From contig CANMBU010000003.1 in assembly GCA_947496175.1 (NCBI GenBank), forward strand, positions 462,334-526,333: a stretch of 64,000 nucleotides of DNA, in the 5' to 3' direction. Source of the DNA: an uncultured Roseovarius sp. Lineage in GTDB: Bacteria; Pseudomonadota; Alphaproteobacteria; Rhodobacterales; Rhodobacteraceae. The position numbers were made by a program, and so were the translations under genes. The notes beneath the pieces were generated by a model. That model ran no database searches and had not been told where the DNA came from. It saw only the letters and a program-made list of their open reading frames with translations. Shown here one piece after another: positions 1 through 10,364 of the stretch (positions within the stretch are counted from its first letter, which is position 1; each line of letters starts with the position of its first letter).

Positions 1-2
1 AG

Positions 3-287
3 GAGGCGGGGCTTGACCTGCGGACCCTCAAGCATGTCTCCAGTCATTACTGCTCACCCGGTTGCTCAACGGAGGTCTTTCATTGCTATGTGGGCCTGTG
101 CGACCTGCCGGATATGGCACAGGGGCAGGGCGGGCTTGAGACCGAACACGAAGACATTCGCACACATGTCCTGAGCTTTGAGGATGCGCTAAACCTCACT
201 CAAACCGGAGAGGCAAATATCGGGCCTCTGGTGCTTTTGCTCTTGTGGCTGGAACGGGAACGATCACACCTGCGTTCTATTGGTTGA
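3..287 (+). CDS. 3' part of a NUDIX hydrolase (ADP-ribose pyrophosphatase/TrgB-like), truncated by the window start
   Basis: Frame reads EAGL..HYCSPGCSTEVFHCYVG..GGLETEHEDIR, the end of a Nudix box plus NudF-like motifs; lies directly upstream of cysK, as trgB does in Rhodobacter. Confidence 0.75.
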   Translation, partial: EAGLDLRTLKHVSSHYCSPGCSTEVFHCYVGLCDLPDMAQGQGGLETEHEDIRTHVLSFEDALNLTQTGEANIGPLVLLLLWLERERSHLRSIG

Positions 288-341
288 GTTAGCCCGAGAG
301 AGGCTCTAAATCTGGGCGCAACACTGACAGGGAGCCTCATC

Positions 342-1373
342 ATGCGCATTGCCAAGGACCTCGCCGACGCCGTCGGCCACACCCCTTTGATCCGGCTGCG
401 TCAAGCCAGCGAGGCCACAGGCTGTGAGATTTATGGCAAGGCGGAATTCATGAACCCCGGCCAGTCGGTCAAGGATCGCGCGGCGCTCTTTATTATTCGC
501 GATGCAATTGCGCGGGGCAATCTCAAACCCGGCGGCACGATCGTCGAAGGGACAGCGGGCAACACCGGCATTGGTCTGGCTGTTGTCGGCGCGTCGATGG
601 GGTTCAAGACGGTGATCGTCATCCCCGAGACGCAAAGCGAAGAGAAAAAAGACATGCTGCGTCTGGCGGGGGCTGAATTGGTGCAGGTGCCAGCCGCGCC
701 TTATGCCAATCAGAACAATTTCGTGCACTACTCGCGGCGTCTGGCCGAAAAACTGGCCGAGACTTCGGACAACGGCGTGGTCTGGGCCAATCAGTTCGAC
801 AACGTGGCCAACCGGCAGGCGCATATCGAAACGACCGGTCCTGAGATCTGGGAGCAAACCGGGGGCAAGGTTGATGGGTTTATCTGTGCCTGCGGCTCGG
901 GCGGAACCCTCACCGGCGTGGCCATGGCGCTGCAATCCAAAGGTGTGAAGATTGGCCTTGCTGATCCGATGGGGGCCAAGCTTTTCTCGTGGTTCACCAA
1001 GGGTGAGCTCGACTCCGAGGGCGGCTCTATTGCTGAAGGGATTGGGCAGGTGCGGGTGACGGCCAATCTCGAAGGGTTATCCCCCGATTTTGCCTATCAG
1101 ATCACTGATGAAGAGGCCCTGCCGATTGTCTTTGACCTGCTGGAACATGAGGGCCTGATCATGGGTGCATCCACCGGCGTGAATATCGCCGGGGCCATTC
1201 GCATGGCCAAGGAAATGGGGCCGGGGCATACCATTGTGACAATCCTGTGCGACTACGGCACGCGTTATCAGTCCAAGCTTTTCAACCCTGATTTCCTGCG
1301 TGAAAAGGACTTGCCTGTGGCCAGTTGGATGACAAGCAGCCCACAAAGCATCCCCGGAGTATTCGTGGAATGA
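342..1373 (+). CDS. cysK: Cysteine synthase A (O-acetylserine sulfhydrylase)
   Basis: PLP lysine motif NPGQSVKDR, TAGNTG, GSGGT. Confidence 0.93.
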   Translation: MRIAKDLADAVGHTPLIRLRQASEATGCEIYGKAEFMNPGQSVKDRAALFIIRDAIARGNLKPGGTIVEGTAGNTGIGLAVVGASMGFKTVIVIPETQSEEKKDMLRLAGAELVQVPAAPYANQNNFVHYSRRLAEKLAETSDNGVVWANQFDNVANRQAHIETTGPEIWEQTGGKVDGFICACGSGGTLTGVAMALQSKGVKIGLADPMGAKLFSWFTKGELDSEGGSIAEGIGQVRVTANLEGLSPDFAYQITDEEALPIVFDLLEHEGLIMGASTGVNIAGAIRMAKEMGPGHTIVTILCDYGTRYQSKLFNPDFLREKDLPVASWMTSSPQSIPGVFVE

Positions 1374-3826
1374 TACGCCTTTTGAAAGGCTTACTCCTCT
1401 TGTTGGCCTTGGCGTTTTGCGCCGCCGCGCCTCTTTTGATGCAGGCGGAAAGCGCACAGGCGCAATCCGCACCGCAACTGTCTGAGGCGGAACCAAACTA
1501 TGACAGATGGATCCGGACAGCTGACCGTGCGGATGAGGCGATTGAAGCCGCGCGCGCGTCGACCACAGCGCTTGAAGCCCTGCGCGAAGACCTCGCCAGC
1601 TGGAGACAGCAGTTTCTTGACGCACAAAGCATCAACAGCAACGCGCTCGCCACTGTGCGCCGACAGATCAGTGATCTGGGTCCCGTGCCCGAAGAGGGAG
1701 AAGAACCACAAGATGTCGCCGCCAATCGCCAATTGTTGCAGGACCGTTTCGACCGATTGAATGCGCCTGTTCTGCGCGCCGAACTGGCCTTCAGCAGAGC
1801 GGATGGGCTTATCCGCGGTATTGATAAGATCATTCGTGATCGACAGGCCGAGGAATTGCTGGAATTTGGGCCATCACCTCTGAACCCAACGCATTGGGCA
1901 GCGGGTTTAGCGGCGCTGCCTGCGACACTGACACAGCTTTCCGGAGAGGTGTCCAAAGCCTGGCGCAACCCGGTTCAGTCCGCCGAAACCAAAAACAGTC
2001 TGCCGATCGTTGCGGTTTTGACTCTGCTTGGCCTCATCCTCGTGTCGCGCGGCAGGGTCTGGAGCCGCCGCTTAACCAACCGCGTGCTGGGAGAAAGCCC
2101 AGGTCCCGGCCTTTGGATCACGGGGTTCCTTGTCTCTCTTGGCAGTTTGGTTCTGCCTTTCGTTGGAATACTGCTGCTGATTGAGGCCGTCGTTTCCACC
2201 GGGCTTGTCGGGTTGCGCGGGGATCAGCTTCTTGCCGCTTTTGTACCCGCTGCGTTTGCCTTTCTTCTTGCGCGCTGGCTGGCCACCCGGGTGTTCCCAG
2301 CCGATGAAGCACGAACGCTGCCTTTGGTTCTGGACGCGACACAGAGGTCCCGGGGACGTTTCTTTGGCGCTTGTCTGGGACTGGTCGCCGCTACCGCAGT
2401 GTTCTTGCGTGATGTCGGTGACATTTCCGGTTGGAGTGAGGCGGCCACGAATGTGGTGGTATTCCCTGTGCTGGTTATGTCCAGCTTCTTTCTCTGGCGC
2501 TTGGCGAATCTGCTCCGCGTGCATGTCCGCAACTCATCCGAAGCCGACGGTGAGGAAAGCTATAGGACCAAACTCATCAGTGTGCTGGCTGTTGGTCTGG
2601 TCGTGCTGGCCTTTGTCTCTCCGCTTCTCGCAGCCATTGGGTACTTCCGACTGGCTGAATCTCTCATGCTGCCATCACTGGCGTCGCTTGAGATGCTGGC
2701 CGTGCTACTGGTGCTGCAACGTCTGGTGGTCGAGGTGTTTGTTCTGATCACGGGAAACCGGGAAGGGGCCGCGGAGTCCCTGGTTCCGATCCTGATCGGC
2801 TTTCTGCTGGTTTTGGCCTCGCTGCCAGTCTTTGCTCTGATCTGGGGGGCCAGAGTTGCGGATCTAACCGAGCTTTGGACGCAGGTGCTAGACGGGATCA
2901 GCATTGGCGGCGTGCGTGTCTCGCCGATGATCTTCCTCACCTTCGCGCTGGTCTTTGTGCTGGGGTATCTGGCGACGCGCATGGTGCAGGGAGCGCTGAA
3001 GAACACCATCCTGCCCAAGACGCGCATCGATGCCGGGGGGCGCAATGCGATTGTATCGGGTGTTGGGTATCTCGGTATATTCCTGGCGGCGGTTATCGCG
3101 ATCACAAGTGCCGGGATTGACCTCAGTTCCATCGCAATTGTCGCCGGTGCGCTGTCTGTGGGTATTGGTTTTGGCCTGCAAAACATTGTGTCGAACTTTG
3201 TTTCTGGCATCATTCTTTTGATTGAACGGCCCATTTCCGAAGGTGACTGGATCGAGGTGGGTGGTGTGCATGGCACGGTGCGCGATATTTCGGTGCGCTC
3301 CACCATCATTCAGACCTTTGATCGTTCAGATGTCATCGTGCCCAACTCTGATCTCGTCAGTGGCAGGGTAACAAACTACACCCGCGGCAACACTGTGGGG
3401 CGGGTCATTGTGCCCGTGGGCGTGGCCTATGGGACCGATACAAAGAAAGTGGAGGGCATCCTGCAAGAGGTGGCGGATGCGCATCCTCTGGTGCTGATGA
3501 ACCCACCGCCCGCTGTTCTTTTCCGGTCCTTCGGAGCTTCGTCGCTTGATTTCGAAATCCGCGCCATTTTACGCGATGTGAACTACGTGATGTCGGTGCA
3601 TTCCGAGATGAACCACGAGATTGCCAAACGGTTCGAGGAAGAAGGGATCGAAGTGCCCTTCTCGCAGCGCGACATCTGGATCCGCAACCCCGAGGCATTG
3701 CCGCAGACCCAAGCGGAGCAGACACAGGCCAACGAGTCCAAACCCAAAGACATGTCCGATCATATCACACCCGAGGATCTGGATGCTGGCAAAGGGGACG
3801 CGGATGGTGATGGAGGCGGGCGATGA
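1370..3826 (+). CDS. Large MscS-family mechanosensitive channel with periplasmic N-terminal domain
   Basis: ATGA overlap with cysK stop; multiple TM segments; GALSVGIGFGLQNIVSNFVSG and GDWIEV MscS motifs. Confidence 0.9.
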   Translation: MIRLLKGLLLLLALAFCAAAPLLMQAESAQAQSAPQLSEAEPNYDRWIRTADRADEAIEAARASTTALEALREDLASWRQQFLDAQSINSNALATVRRQISDLGPVPEEGEEPQDVAANRQLLQDRFDRLNAPVLRAELAFSRADGLIRGIDKIIRDRQAEELLEFGPSPLNPTHWAAGLAALPATLTQLSGEVSKAWRNPVQSAETKNSLPIVAVLTLLGLILVSRGRVWSRRLTNRVLGESPGPGLWITGFLVSLGSLVLPFVGILLLIEAVVSTGLVGLRGDQLLAAFVPAAFAFLLARWLATRVFPADEARTLPLVLDATQRSRGRFFGACLGLVAATAVFLRDVGDISGWSEAATNVVVFPVLVMSSFFLWRLANLLRVHVRNSSEADGEESYRTKLISVLAVGLVVLAFVSPLLAAIGYFRLAESLMLPSLASLEMLAVLLVLQRLVVEVFVLITGNREGAAESLVPILIGFLLVLASLPVFALIWGARVADLTELWTQVLDGISIGGVRVSPMIFLTFALVFVLGYLATRMVQGALKNTILPKTRIDAGGRNAIVSGVGYLGIFLAAVIAITSAGIDLSSIAIVAGALSVGIGFGLQNIVSNFVSGIILLIERPISEGDWIEVGGVHGTVRDISVRSTIIQTFDRSDVIVPNSDLVSGRVTNYTRGNTVGRVIVPVGVAYGTDTKKVEGILQEVADAHPLVLMNPPPAVLFRSFGASSLDFEIRAILRDVNYVMSVHSEMNHEIAKRFEEEGIEVPFSQRDIWIRNPEALPQTQAEQTQANESKPKDMSDHITPEDLDAGKGDADGDGGGR

Positions 3827-4542
3827 CCGATCGGTTGTTCCTGCTGAATGCCTACGCCCGCGATGCCAAGGGACACGTAACGGCACATACACCCGAAGGG
3901 GGCATTGTCCTGAACAAGTCGCTTTTTTATCCCACAAGCGGCGGGCAACCGGGTGACAGCGGTTATATTGCCTGGGGTGATGCGGCGCTTGAAATTGCGA
4001 CGACGATTAAGCTCGACGCCTGGCAGATTGCGCTCATTCCCGCCGAGCCACAGCCCTTGCCGCCCGTCGGCACGGAGATCATGCAGCATATTGACTGGGA
4101 CCGGCGCTATCGGCACATGCGCGTGCACACGGCCTTGCATCTGCTGTCGGTGGTCCTACCTTTGCCGGTGACGGGAGGCTCCATCGGCACCGAAAAAGGA
4201 CGTCTCGATTTTGATATGGCAGAGCCTCCAGAGGATAAATCCAAGCTGGAAGAGCTGCTCAATGCAATGGTGGCGCTCAACCTTCCGGTCAGCGAAAGCT
4301 GGATCACAGATGCGGAACTGCGCGAAAATCCGGGTTTGGTGAAAACCATGTCCGTCAAGCCGCCTATGGGCGAAGGACAGGTGCGGCTGGTGCGCATCGG
4401 TGAAGGTGAGGCGCAGGTCGATCTGCAACCTTGTGGCGGCACGCATGTGGCGCGCACCGGCGAGATCGGCAAACTGCGTATTGGCAAAATCGAAAAGAAG
4501 GGCCGTCAGAACCGCCGGGTGTATCTGCATCTCGATGGGTGA
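3823..4542 (+). CDS. Alanyl-tRNA editing protein (AlaX family)
   Basis: FYPTSGGQPGDSG, HTALH, CGGTHV editing-domain motifs. Confidence 0.92.
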   Translation: MTDRLFLLNAYARDAKGHVTAHTPEGGIVLNKSLFYPTSGGQPGDSGYIAWGDAALEIATTIKLDAWQIALIPAEPQPLPPVGTEIMQHIDWDRRYRHMRVHTALHLLSVVLPLPVTGGSIGTEKGRLDFDMAEPPEDKSKLEELLNAMVALNLPVSESWITDAELRENPGLVKTMSVKPPMGEGQVRLVRIGEGEAQVDLQPCGGTHVARTGEIGKLRIGKIEKKGRQNRRVYLHLDG

Positions 4543-4558
4543 GGCAGAGGGTAATACC

Positions 4559-5185
4559 ATGGCAAATGCAAAAGCACGCAACCTGATCGAGGGACGCGCG
4601 GCGCTCATCGTTATTGATATCCAGAAATCGACGTTTGCACCGCTCTCGGACGACGAACGCGCCATTGCGCATATGCCGGACTACGCCGAGCGCATGGCGC
4701 AATCGCGCCAGGCCATAGATCAAGCGCGTGAGGTGGGCATTCCGGTTATTTTTATTCAGGAAATTCACCGTGCCGATCTGGTCGATATGGGCCGTGAGAC
4801 GGATGGGGACGAGGACGTGCACTGCCTCGACAACAATCCCTTGACGGAACTGGCCGTTGAAGAGTTGGGCATTCGTCCCGATGACTATAGAATCCAGAAA
4901 CGCCGCTATTCCGCCTTTTATGGGACCGATCTTGAAATTTTGTTGCGAGGCCTCAAGGCCGAGACACTGATCCTTGTGGGCGGGCTGACGGATGTCTGCG
5001 TGCACTACACCTTTGTCGATGCACACCAAGGCGATTACTTTTGCCGTGTGATTGAGGATTGCGTTGCAGGGTCCAGCGTCGAGGCACATAATGCGGCGCT
5101 ACGGGCCATGGAGTATCTTCAGCACGGTGCTGTGCAGTCTCTGGACAAAGTGCTTGAGGAAATGGTCGCGTCGGGTCAGGGCTAA
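4559..5185 (+). CDS. Isochorismatase-family cysteine hydrolase
   Basis: ALIVIDIQ, KRRYSAFYGTDL, GGLTDVCV catalytic motifs. Confidence 0.88.
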   Translation: MANAKARNLIEGRAALIVIDIQKSTFAPLSDDERAIAHMPDYAERMAQSRQAIDQAREVGIPVIFIQEIHRADLVDMGRETDGDEDVHCLDNNPLTELAVEELGIRPDDYRIQKRRYSAFYGTDLEILLRGLKAETLILVGGLTDVCVHYTFVDAHQGDYFCRVIEDCVAGSSVEAHNAALRAMEYLQHGAVQSLDKVLEEMVASGQG

Positions 5186-5254
5186 TTCGTCTGACCTGAG
5201 CAGCAACTCACACAATTCGCCTTGGACGTAGGTCATCACTTGGAGCCAAACGCT

Positions 5255-5602
5255 TCAGGAAATGACGAGTTGAGCCTTCATGTGCGGGTGAAACACACAG
5301 AAATACGCCGTTTCCATGTTTTCGGAGATAACGACTTCGGCGCTTTCACCGCGTTTAAGCTCACCTGTGTCCCAACCAAACTCCAAAGCCGTGGCGGTAT
5401 GGGGTGCAAGATCATCGTTGATCCACCTTACAATGTCGCCAACATGTACCTGGAGAGTTTCCGGGACATACACGAAATCTTTTATGCGGACGTCGTGTAT
5501 CTTGGACCGCGGCTCGGCATTCGCAGGGTTGGTTAAAGCGGCCACTGACGCGGCCGCTCCTGCGAGCAATATATGTCTGCGCGATAAATCAGAGCACATC
5601 AC
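5255..5602 (-). CDS. Cupredoxin/plastocyanin-like copper protein with Tat-like signal
   Basis: SRRHIL signal; PHTAT and YFCVFHPHM type-1 copper ligands. Confidence 0.85.
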   Translation of the reverse strand: MMCSDLSRRHILLAGAAASVAALTNPANAEPRSKIHDVRIKDFVYVPETLQVHVGDIVRWINDDLAPHTATALEFGWDTGELKRGESAEVVISENMETAYFCVFHPHMKAQLVIS

Positions 5603-6123
5603 TGCAAGCTCTTTACCATCATTTCAGCGTGCTTTTCGTGTGCCTTAAAAATCTTCAGACCTTGCTCAAAGAGCGCTTTGACCTCGGCATTGTCGATGTT
5701 CGGGATCATCGTACCCTCAACCAAGGCGTTGACCTCTTGGTGATAGGCCAGTTCGTTTTCGGCATACGCCTTGTCGAAGGCGGCACCGCGCAGTTGAGAA
5801 AACTCATTGATGATGTTGTCTGCACGCTCATTCAGCGCCTGGCTCACAGCGTTATCCTGTGCAGTGGCTCCAAGCTTGGTCAGCAGCTCAAGCGCAGCTT
5901 CGTTCACAGCTTCATGGTCGCTGATCATGGTTTTGGCAAATTTCTTGATTTCGGGATTGTCCGATAGTGCCAGCGCCAGATGTGCATATCGAATATCGAT
6001 ATTGTCAGCAGTGTATGCGATGTGCGCAAATTCCGTGTCGCTCATATTCGCAATATCCTGCGCAGTGGCCTGCGCACCGATAAACGCAGCGGCAACGGCA
6101 AGTGCTGATATCAATTTTTTCAT
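5599..6123 (-). CDS. Secreted DUF4142-like four-helix protein
   Basis: GGAGG RBS; signal peptide MKKLISALAVAAAFIGAQATA; FAKTMISDH and FDKAYAENE..YH..H pattern. Confidence 0.75.
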   Translation of the reverse strand: MKKLISALAVAAAFIGAQATAQDIANMSDTEFAHIAYTADNIDIRYAHLALALSDNPEIKKFAKTMISDHEAVNEAALELLTKLGATAQDNAVSQALNERADNIINEFSQLRGAAFDKAYAENELAYHQEVNALVEGTMIPNIDNAEVKALFEQGLKIFKAHEKHAEMMVKSLQ

Positions 6124-6258
6124 GAGTAATCCTCCGGTTTCTCTCGTGCAAATTCGATAAACCAGGGCGCAGCAGCCTTTGAATGCTACCACGTTCGTAT
6201 TCTTGTGCAGATCGTTCACGTCGATGTACAAAGCGGCATGGCGTGATATCTAAGAATT

Positions 6259-7227
6259 ATGCTTGATTTGCTCAGTGATATCCTGACCCGCCTGTCCATG
6301 CGCGGAACATTGTATTTTCGCACGTCTTTTTCAAAGCCGTGGGGCGTATGCGTTCCAAGCTTCGAGAACGTAGCGCGTTTTCACTATGCACATCGCGGCG
6401 CGTGCAAGGTGCGTGTGAAGGGCACAGATGAAGTGGTGTCTGTTGAACAAGGGGATTTGATTATCATCCCGCATGGCGCGTCTCATGATTTATTTTATGA
6501 TCACGAAGCGGAAACGGCAGTGAAGCCTCTGGATACCGTACTGGAAGATTCCGGTTATGATGGGTCTGGTGTTCTCGTATATGGCGGCAATTCAGAACCA
6601 AGCAGTGAAACGCAGCTGATTTGCGGCCATTTTTCATTCGAGCCCACCTCGCGTCACATTCTTTTTGACCGCTTACCGCCTTTGGTCCACGTAAAGAACT
6701 ACGGAGAGACCGCGGGAAAGTGGATGGAGGCAACGCTTCGGGTTATCGGCGATGAGGCAGGGGGAAAACGCATGGGCGGCGACCTGATTGCTTTGAAGAT
6801 GTCAGAAGCGATACTTGCACAGGCCATTCGCGCTTTCCTCGAAAGCGGCGCCGGGGCGAAATACGGGCTCGGGGGGTTTGCTGACGAGAAACTCTGTCTG
6901 TCCTTGGATGCGTTCCACAAATCCCCACAGCAGACTTGGTCTGTCGAAGCGTTGGCGCGGGTTGCAGGAATGTCGCGCACCAGTTTCGCGGTGGCGTTTC
7001 AAAAACAAATGGAGATCACGCCAATGGAATATGTAACCGGCTGGCGTATGGAGATCGCCAAACAAGCGCTTCTGGACACAACAAATTCGCTAACTGATGT
7101 TGCAGAGAAGGCGGGCTACGCGTCAGACTCTGCCTTTACGCGCGTTTTCAAAAAAGAGACCGGGTCAACACCTGCAGCGTTTAGAAAGAAATACCAGAGC
7201 GTACGCACGCCTGAACGATCTGCATGA
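6259..7227 (+). CDS. AraC-family regulator with N-terminal cupin (RclR-like)
   Basis: Cupin region (FHYAHRGAC..GDLIIIPHGASH); double HTH (WSVEALARVAGMSRTSF; GYASDSAFTRVFKK). Confidence 0.9.
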   Translation: MLDLLSDILTRLSMRGTLYFRTSFSKPWGVCVPSFENVARFHYAHRGACKVRVKGTDEVVSVEQGDLIIIPHGASHDLFYDHEAETAVKPLDTVLEDSGYDGSGVLVYGGNSEPSSETQLICGHFSFEPTSRHILFDRLPPLVHVKNYGETAGKWMEATLRVIGDEAGGKRMGGDLIALKMSEAILAQAIRAFLESGAGAKYGLGGFADEKLCLSLDAFHKSPQQTWSVEALARVAGMSRTSFAVAFQKQMEITPMEYVTGWRMEIAKQALLDTTNSLTDVAEKAGYASDSAFTRVFKKETGSTPAAFRKKYQSVRTPERSA

Positions 7228-7315
7228 AAATGCGAACAATTTAGAATAGAAAGTGAGTTTTGCTTTCATAAGTTTGTCAAAGAGAGACGCACGCAAACTT
7301 TGAAAGGAACACCCT

Positions 7316-7681
7316 ATGCCTCGCTTCATCACCAAAAACATTCACGCCTACTTGGACTATCCGGTCGCGCTTGGCCTGCTTGTCATGCCATTTCTCTTTG
7401 GCCTGGGTGCAGAAAACCCGCTTGCCATGTGGTTGTCAGTTGCCACAGGCGCAGCTGCACTTGTTTTGACAATTTTGACGGATCACCATCTGGGTCTGTT
7501 CCGCGTTCTGCCATATTGGCTGCATCTGGCGGTTGACGGTGCGGTTGGGGCCGTTTTTGTTGCCGCCCCCTTCGTGCTAGGCTTCGTTGGCCTTGATTTT
7601 TGGTATTACTTTGCTCTTGGCGCCACTGTTCTGATGGTCGTGGGTCTGCATAAGTCCGAGGAAGAGATGGCACCTGCATAA
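7316..7681 (+). CDS. Small membrane protein (SPW-repeat-like)
   Basis: Four hydrophobic segments; HAYLDY and HLAVDG repeats. Confidence 0.65.
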   Translation: MPRFITKNIHAYLDYPVALGLLVMPFLFGLGAENPLAMWLSVATGAAALVLTILTDHHLGLFRVLPYWLHLAVDGAVGAVFVAAPFVLGFVGLDFWYYFALGATVLMVVGLHKSEEEMAPA

Positions 7682-7712
7682 GGCTTCGAACCTCTTAAAC
7701 GCCCGCACACAT

Positions 7713-7745
7713 AAAAAGGCCCTGCACAGCATGCAGGGCCTTTTT
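7713..7745. terminator. Bidirectional intrinsic terminator
   Basis: AAAAAGGCCCTGCA-cagca-TGCAGGGCCTTTTT, perfect 14-bp stem between convergent genes. Confidence 0.85.
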
Positions 7746-7771
7746 GCGTTTCAAAGGTGGATCAACGCGCC

Positions 7772-8836
7772 TTATGCCCGCCGTCTGCGACGCGCACCGG
7801 CGCGACCGCCACGACCGCCGGCTTCTTCACCGGGTTTAGGGGGGGCCTTATTGAACTTGATCCACGCGCCGCCATGCGGGTCGTTGTTGGTCAGGAAGTT
7901 GGCCGCGCGGATGGCCTCCATTTCCTTGCCCGGGCGCGGCTTGGTCGAGCCAAGACCGAAGAGCTGACAGAAGGTTTCGTCATCCATGTCTTCTGGCAGG
8001 ACGATGCCTGCGGCCTCGATTTCTGCGCGCTTGGCATCCTTGTCGGCTTGCTTAACCGGCAAGGCCACCGGGTTCATAATCGCCGACGTCATGCCAGCGC
8101 CCATCGCCATGGGCAAAAACGCGTTGTTGATACCATGCCGGTTGGGCAGACCGAACGAGATGTTGGACGCCCCACAAGTGGTGTTCACGCCCAGTTCCTC
8201 GCGCAATTTGCGCACCAACGTGAACACCTGCTGACCGGCGGTGCCCATCGCCCCGATGGGCATAACCAGCGGGTCCACGACAATGTCATGGGCCGGGATA
8301 CCGAAATCAGCAGCACGCTCGACGATCTTTTTCGCCACGGCAAAGCGCACATCGGGATCTTCTGAAATGCCAGTGTCATCATTGGAGATGGCCACGACCG
8401 GCACATTGTACTTCTTAACGAGTGGCAGGATCGCCTCAAGCCGCTCTTCCTCGCCTGTCACCGAGTTCAGCAAAGGACGACCTTCGCAGGTTTCCAACCC
8501 GGCCTCCAAGGCGCCTGGTACCGAGCTGTCAATACAAAGCGGGACATCTACCAGGCCTTGCACCAGTTCCACCACTTTGCGCATCAACGGCGGTTCTGTC
8601 TGGTTGGGATCGGGGTTTGAGTTGTAAACCACACCTGCATTGATATCGAGCACAGTGGCCCCGGCCTCGACCTGTGCAATCGCGTCGGATTCCACTGTTG
8701 AGAAATCGCCGGCCTCAAGTTCAGCCGCCAGTTTCTTGCGCCCCGTGGGGTTGATCCGTTCGCCAATCACGCAGAAGGGCTGATCAAAGCCGATCACGGC
8801 GGTCTTGGTTTTGCTTTCGACGATGGTCTGCGTCAT
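7772..8836 (-). CDS. Methyltetrahydrofolate:corrinoid methyltransferase (stand-alone pterin-binding module of split MetH)
   Basis: IGERINPTGRK, LCIDSS, LLNSVTGE, DPLVMPIG, GASNISFGLP. Confidence 0.88.
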   Translation of the reverse strand: MTQTIVESKTKTAVIGFDQPFCVIGERINPTGRKKLAAELEAGDFSTVESDAIAQVEAGATVLDINAGVVYNSNPDPNQTEPPLMRKVVELVQGLVDVPLCIDSSVPGALEAGLETCEGRPLLNSVTGEEERLEAILPLVKKYNVPVVAISNDDTGISEDPDVRFAVAKKIVERAADFGIPAHDIVVDPLVMPIGAMGTAGQQVFTLVRKLREELGVNTTCGASNISFGLPNRHGINNAFLPMAMGAGMTSAIMNPVALPVKQADKDAKRAEIEAAGIVLPEDMDDETFCQLFGLGSTKPRPGKEMEAIRAANFLTNNDPHGGAWIKFNKAPPKPGEEAGGRGGRAGARRRRRA

Positions 8837-8839
8837 GGT

Positions 8840-9772
8840 TTATCCTTGCTGGCTGGCTGGCACGGTGGACGCGCCGCCATTTTCAATCGCCCAGGTGGCG
8901 TTGGTCTTGATCCCGCCCAATGGGAAGAAATGCACGTTGGTGATGTTGAAATCCGGATTGGCGGCTTTGTGGGCGGCCAGCTGGCTGAGAACATCGGTCG
9001 GCTCGTAGGGCAGAAGAAGCTTGGTGACATCCATCGCGCGCTTTTGCAGCACCTTGAGCGACGGACCTACGCCACACGCAATCGCAAACTTGATCAGCGT
9101 CTGAAGCTTGGCAGGCCCGGCAATGCCAATATGGACGGGCAGGGTGATGCCCGCCGCCGCCAGATCATCGGCCCATTTGATGATGGGGCCCGCGTCAAAG
9201 GCAAACTGTGTGGCCAGCGCCATTTCGGCATCGGTGGTTTCAGAGAACTTCTGCTTCCAGCGAAGCGCCTCTTCGACGTTTTTCATGCTGCCGTCTGGAT
9301 CAATGTCTTTGTTGCCTTCGGGGTGACCGGCCACATGCAACCGTTTGAAACCCGCGCGATCAAACGCGCCGCTCTCCAAAAGCTGCATGGAGCTGTGATA
9401 GTCGCCATGGGGCTTTTCCACACCACCCGCAAGCAAAAGCGCCTGATCGACACCGGCCTCACCCTGATAGCGTGCAATCCAGTCTTCCAGCACCGCTTGA
9501 TCCTTGATGATCCGTGCCGGGAAGTGGGGCATGACAGGGTAGCCATCGGCGGCCAGGCGCTTCGCCGTGGCGACCATGTCTTCGATAGGCGTGCCCTCGA
9601 TATGGGCGATGTAGACACGGGTGCCGGTCGGCAAAAGTTCACGGAAGTTTTCAACCTTCTCAGCCGTCCGCGGCATGACCTCTATGGAGTATCCCTTGAG
9701 AAAGGCCTCCATTTCCGGTGTGACCACGCGCCCGCCCGGTGTCTCGCGTCTTTTGAAGTTCAACAAAGCCAT
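8840..9772 (-). CDS. Methylenetetrahydrofolate reductase-like protein
   Basis: SIEVMP, VMPHFPAR, VAGHPEG, TQFAFD flavoprotein barrel motifs. Confidence 0.8.
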   Translation of the reverse strand: MALLNFKRRETPGGRVVTPEMEAFLKGYSIEVMPRTAEKVENFRELLPTGTRVYIAHIEGTPIEDMVATAKRLAADGYPVMPHFPARIIKDQAVLEDWIARYQGEAGVDQALLLAGGVEKPHGDYHSSMQLLESGAFDRAGFKRLHVAGHPEGNKDIDPDGSMKNVEEALRWKQKFSETTDAEMALATQFAFDAGPIIKWADDLAAAGITLPVHIGIAGPAKLQTLIKFAIACGVGPSLKVLQKRAMDVTKLLLPYEPTDVLSQLAAHKAANPDFNITNVHFFPLGGIKTNATWAIENGGASTVPASQQG

Positions 9773-9804
9773 CGCGGCCTCCCAGAAAGATTTGCGGCTT
9801 TTGC

Positions 9805-10110
9805 TCAATTTGAGTTGGCCCAGCCATCGTTTGCGATCAATTCCTTGATCCGGTCTTGGTCGTATTCTGTGTCCAGCCGTGCGGCCTCGGCCTCGGCCAC
9901 CGCTTCGGCCTCACCGTCCACAGGGTAGGGCGCGGCCTTGCGCCATTCGGCGAGGTAGGCATCGGTGTCCGCTGCGCCAATTTTCATCGCCGCCCGGTCA
10001 ATGGCCTGCTCAAAGCGCTCGGGCAATGGCCGTTTGGCCCCCCGACGGCCCTTGCCGACAATGACCTGCGCGGGGATATCGCGCCAGTACACAACGGTGA
10101 CATCTACCAT
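9805..10110 (-). CDS. Small conserved protein ('virulence factor' family) co-encoded with methyltransferase genes
   Basis: VYWRDIPAQV..LPERFEQAIDRAAM..D.Y..EW signature. Confidence 0.75.
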   Translation of the reverse strand: MVDVTVVYWRDIPAQVIVGKGRRGAKRPLPERFEQAIDRAAMKIGAADTDAYLAEWRKAAPYPVDGEAEAVAEAEAARLDTEYDQDRIKELIANDGWANSN

Positions 10111-10364
10111 CTCTGATTCCTCATCCTCAGTTGTCCCCTCATAATGCAGCCCCGTTGCGGCACGGTGTCGTTTTTCGACTTAACACGGTCACCGAGCGAC
10201 CTTTGGCTCATCTGGGCTTCTAGCCGATATAGATGCTCTGACCGCGTCCGGCCACTGCCGGGGCCTTGAATTCCGGTCAAGTCTCATATGAGGCGCGTTC
10301 AATGCTTGCGCGAAAGCCATCGGATGACTACCTTGTGATCAACTCGAAATGGAGGGCGTAAGTT

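Noticed and set aside
10230-10300. Possible cobalamin riboswitch (GCCACTG) near the MetH/MTHFR genes
   Set aside because: Motif is on the wrong strand for those genes and the GGGAAG/B12-box elements are absent
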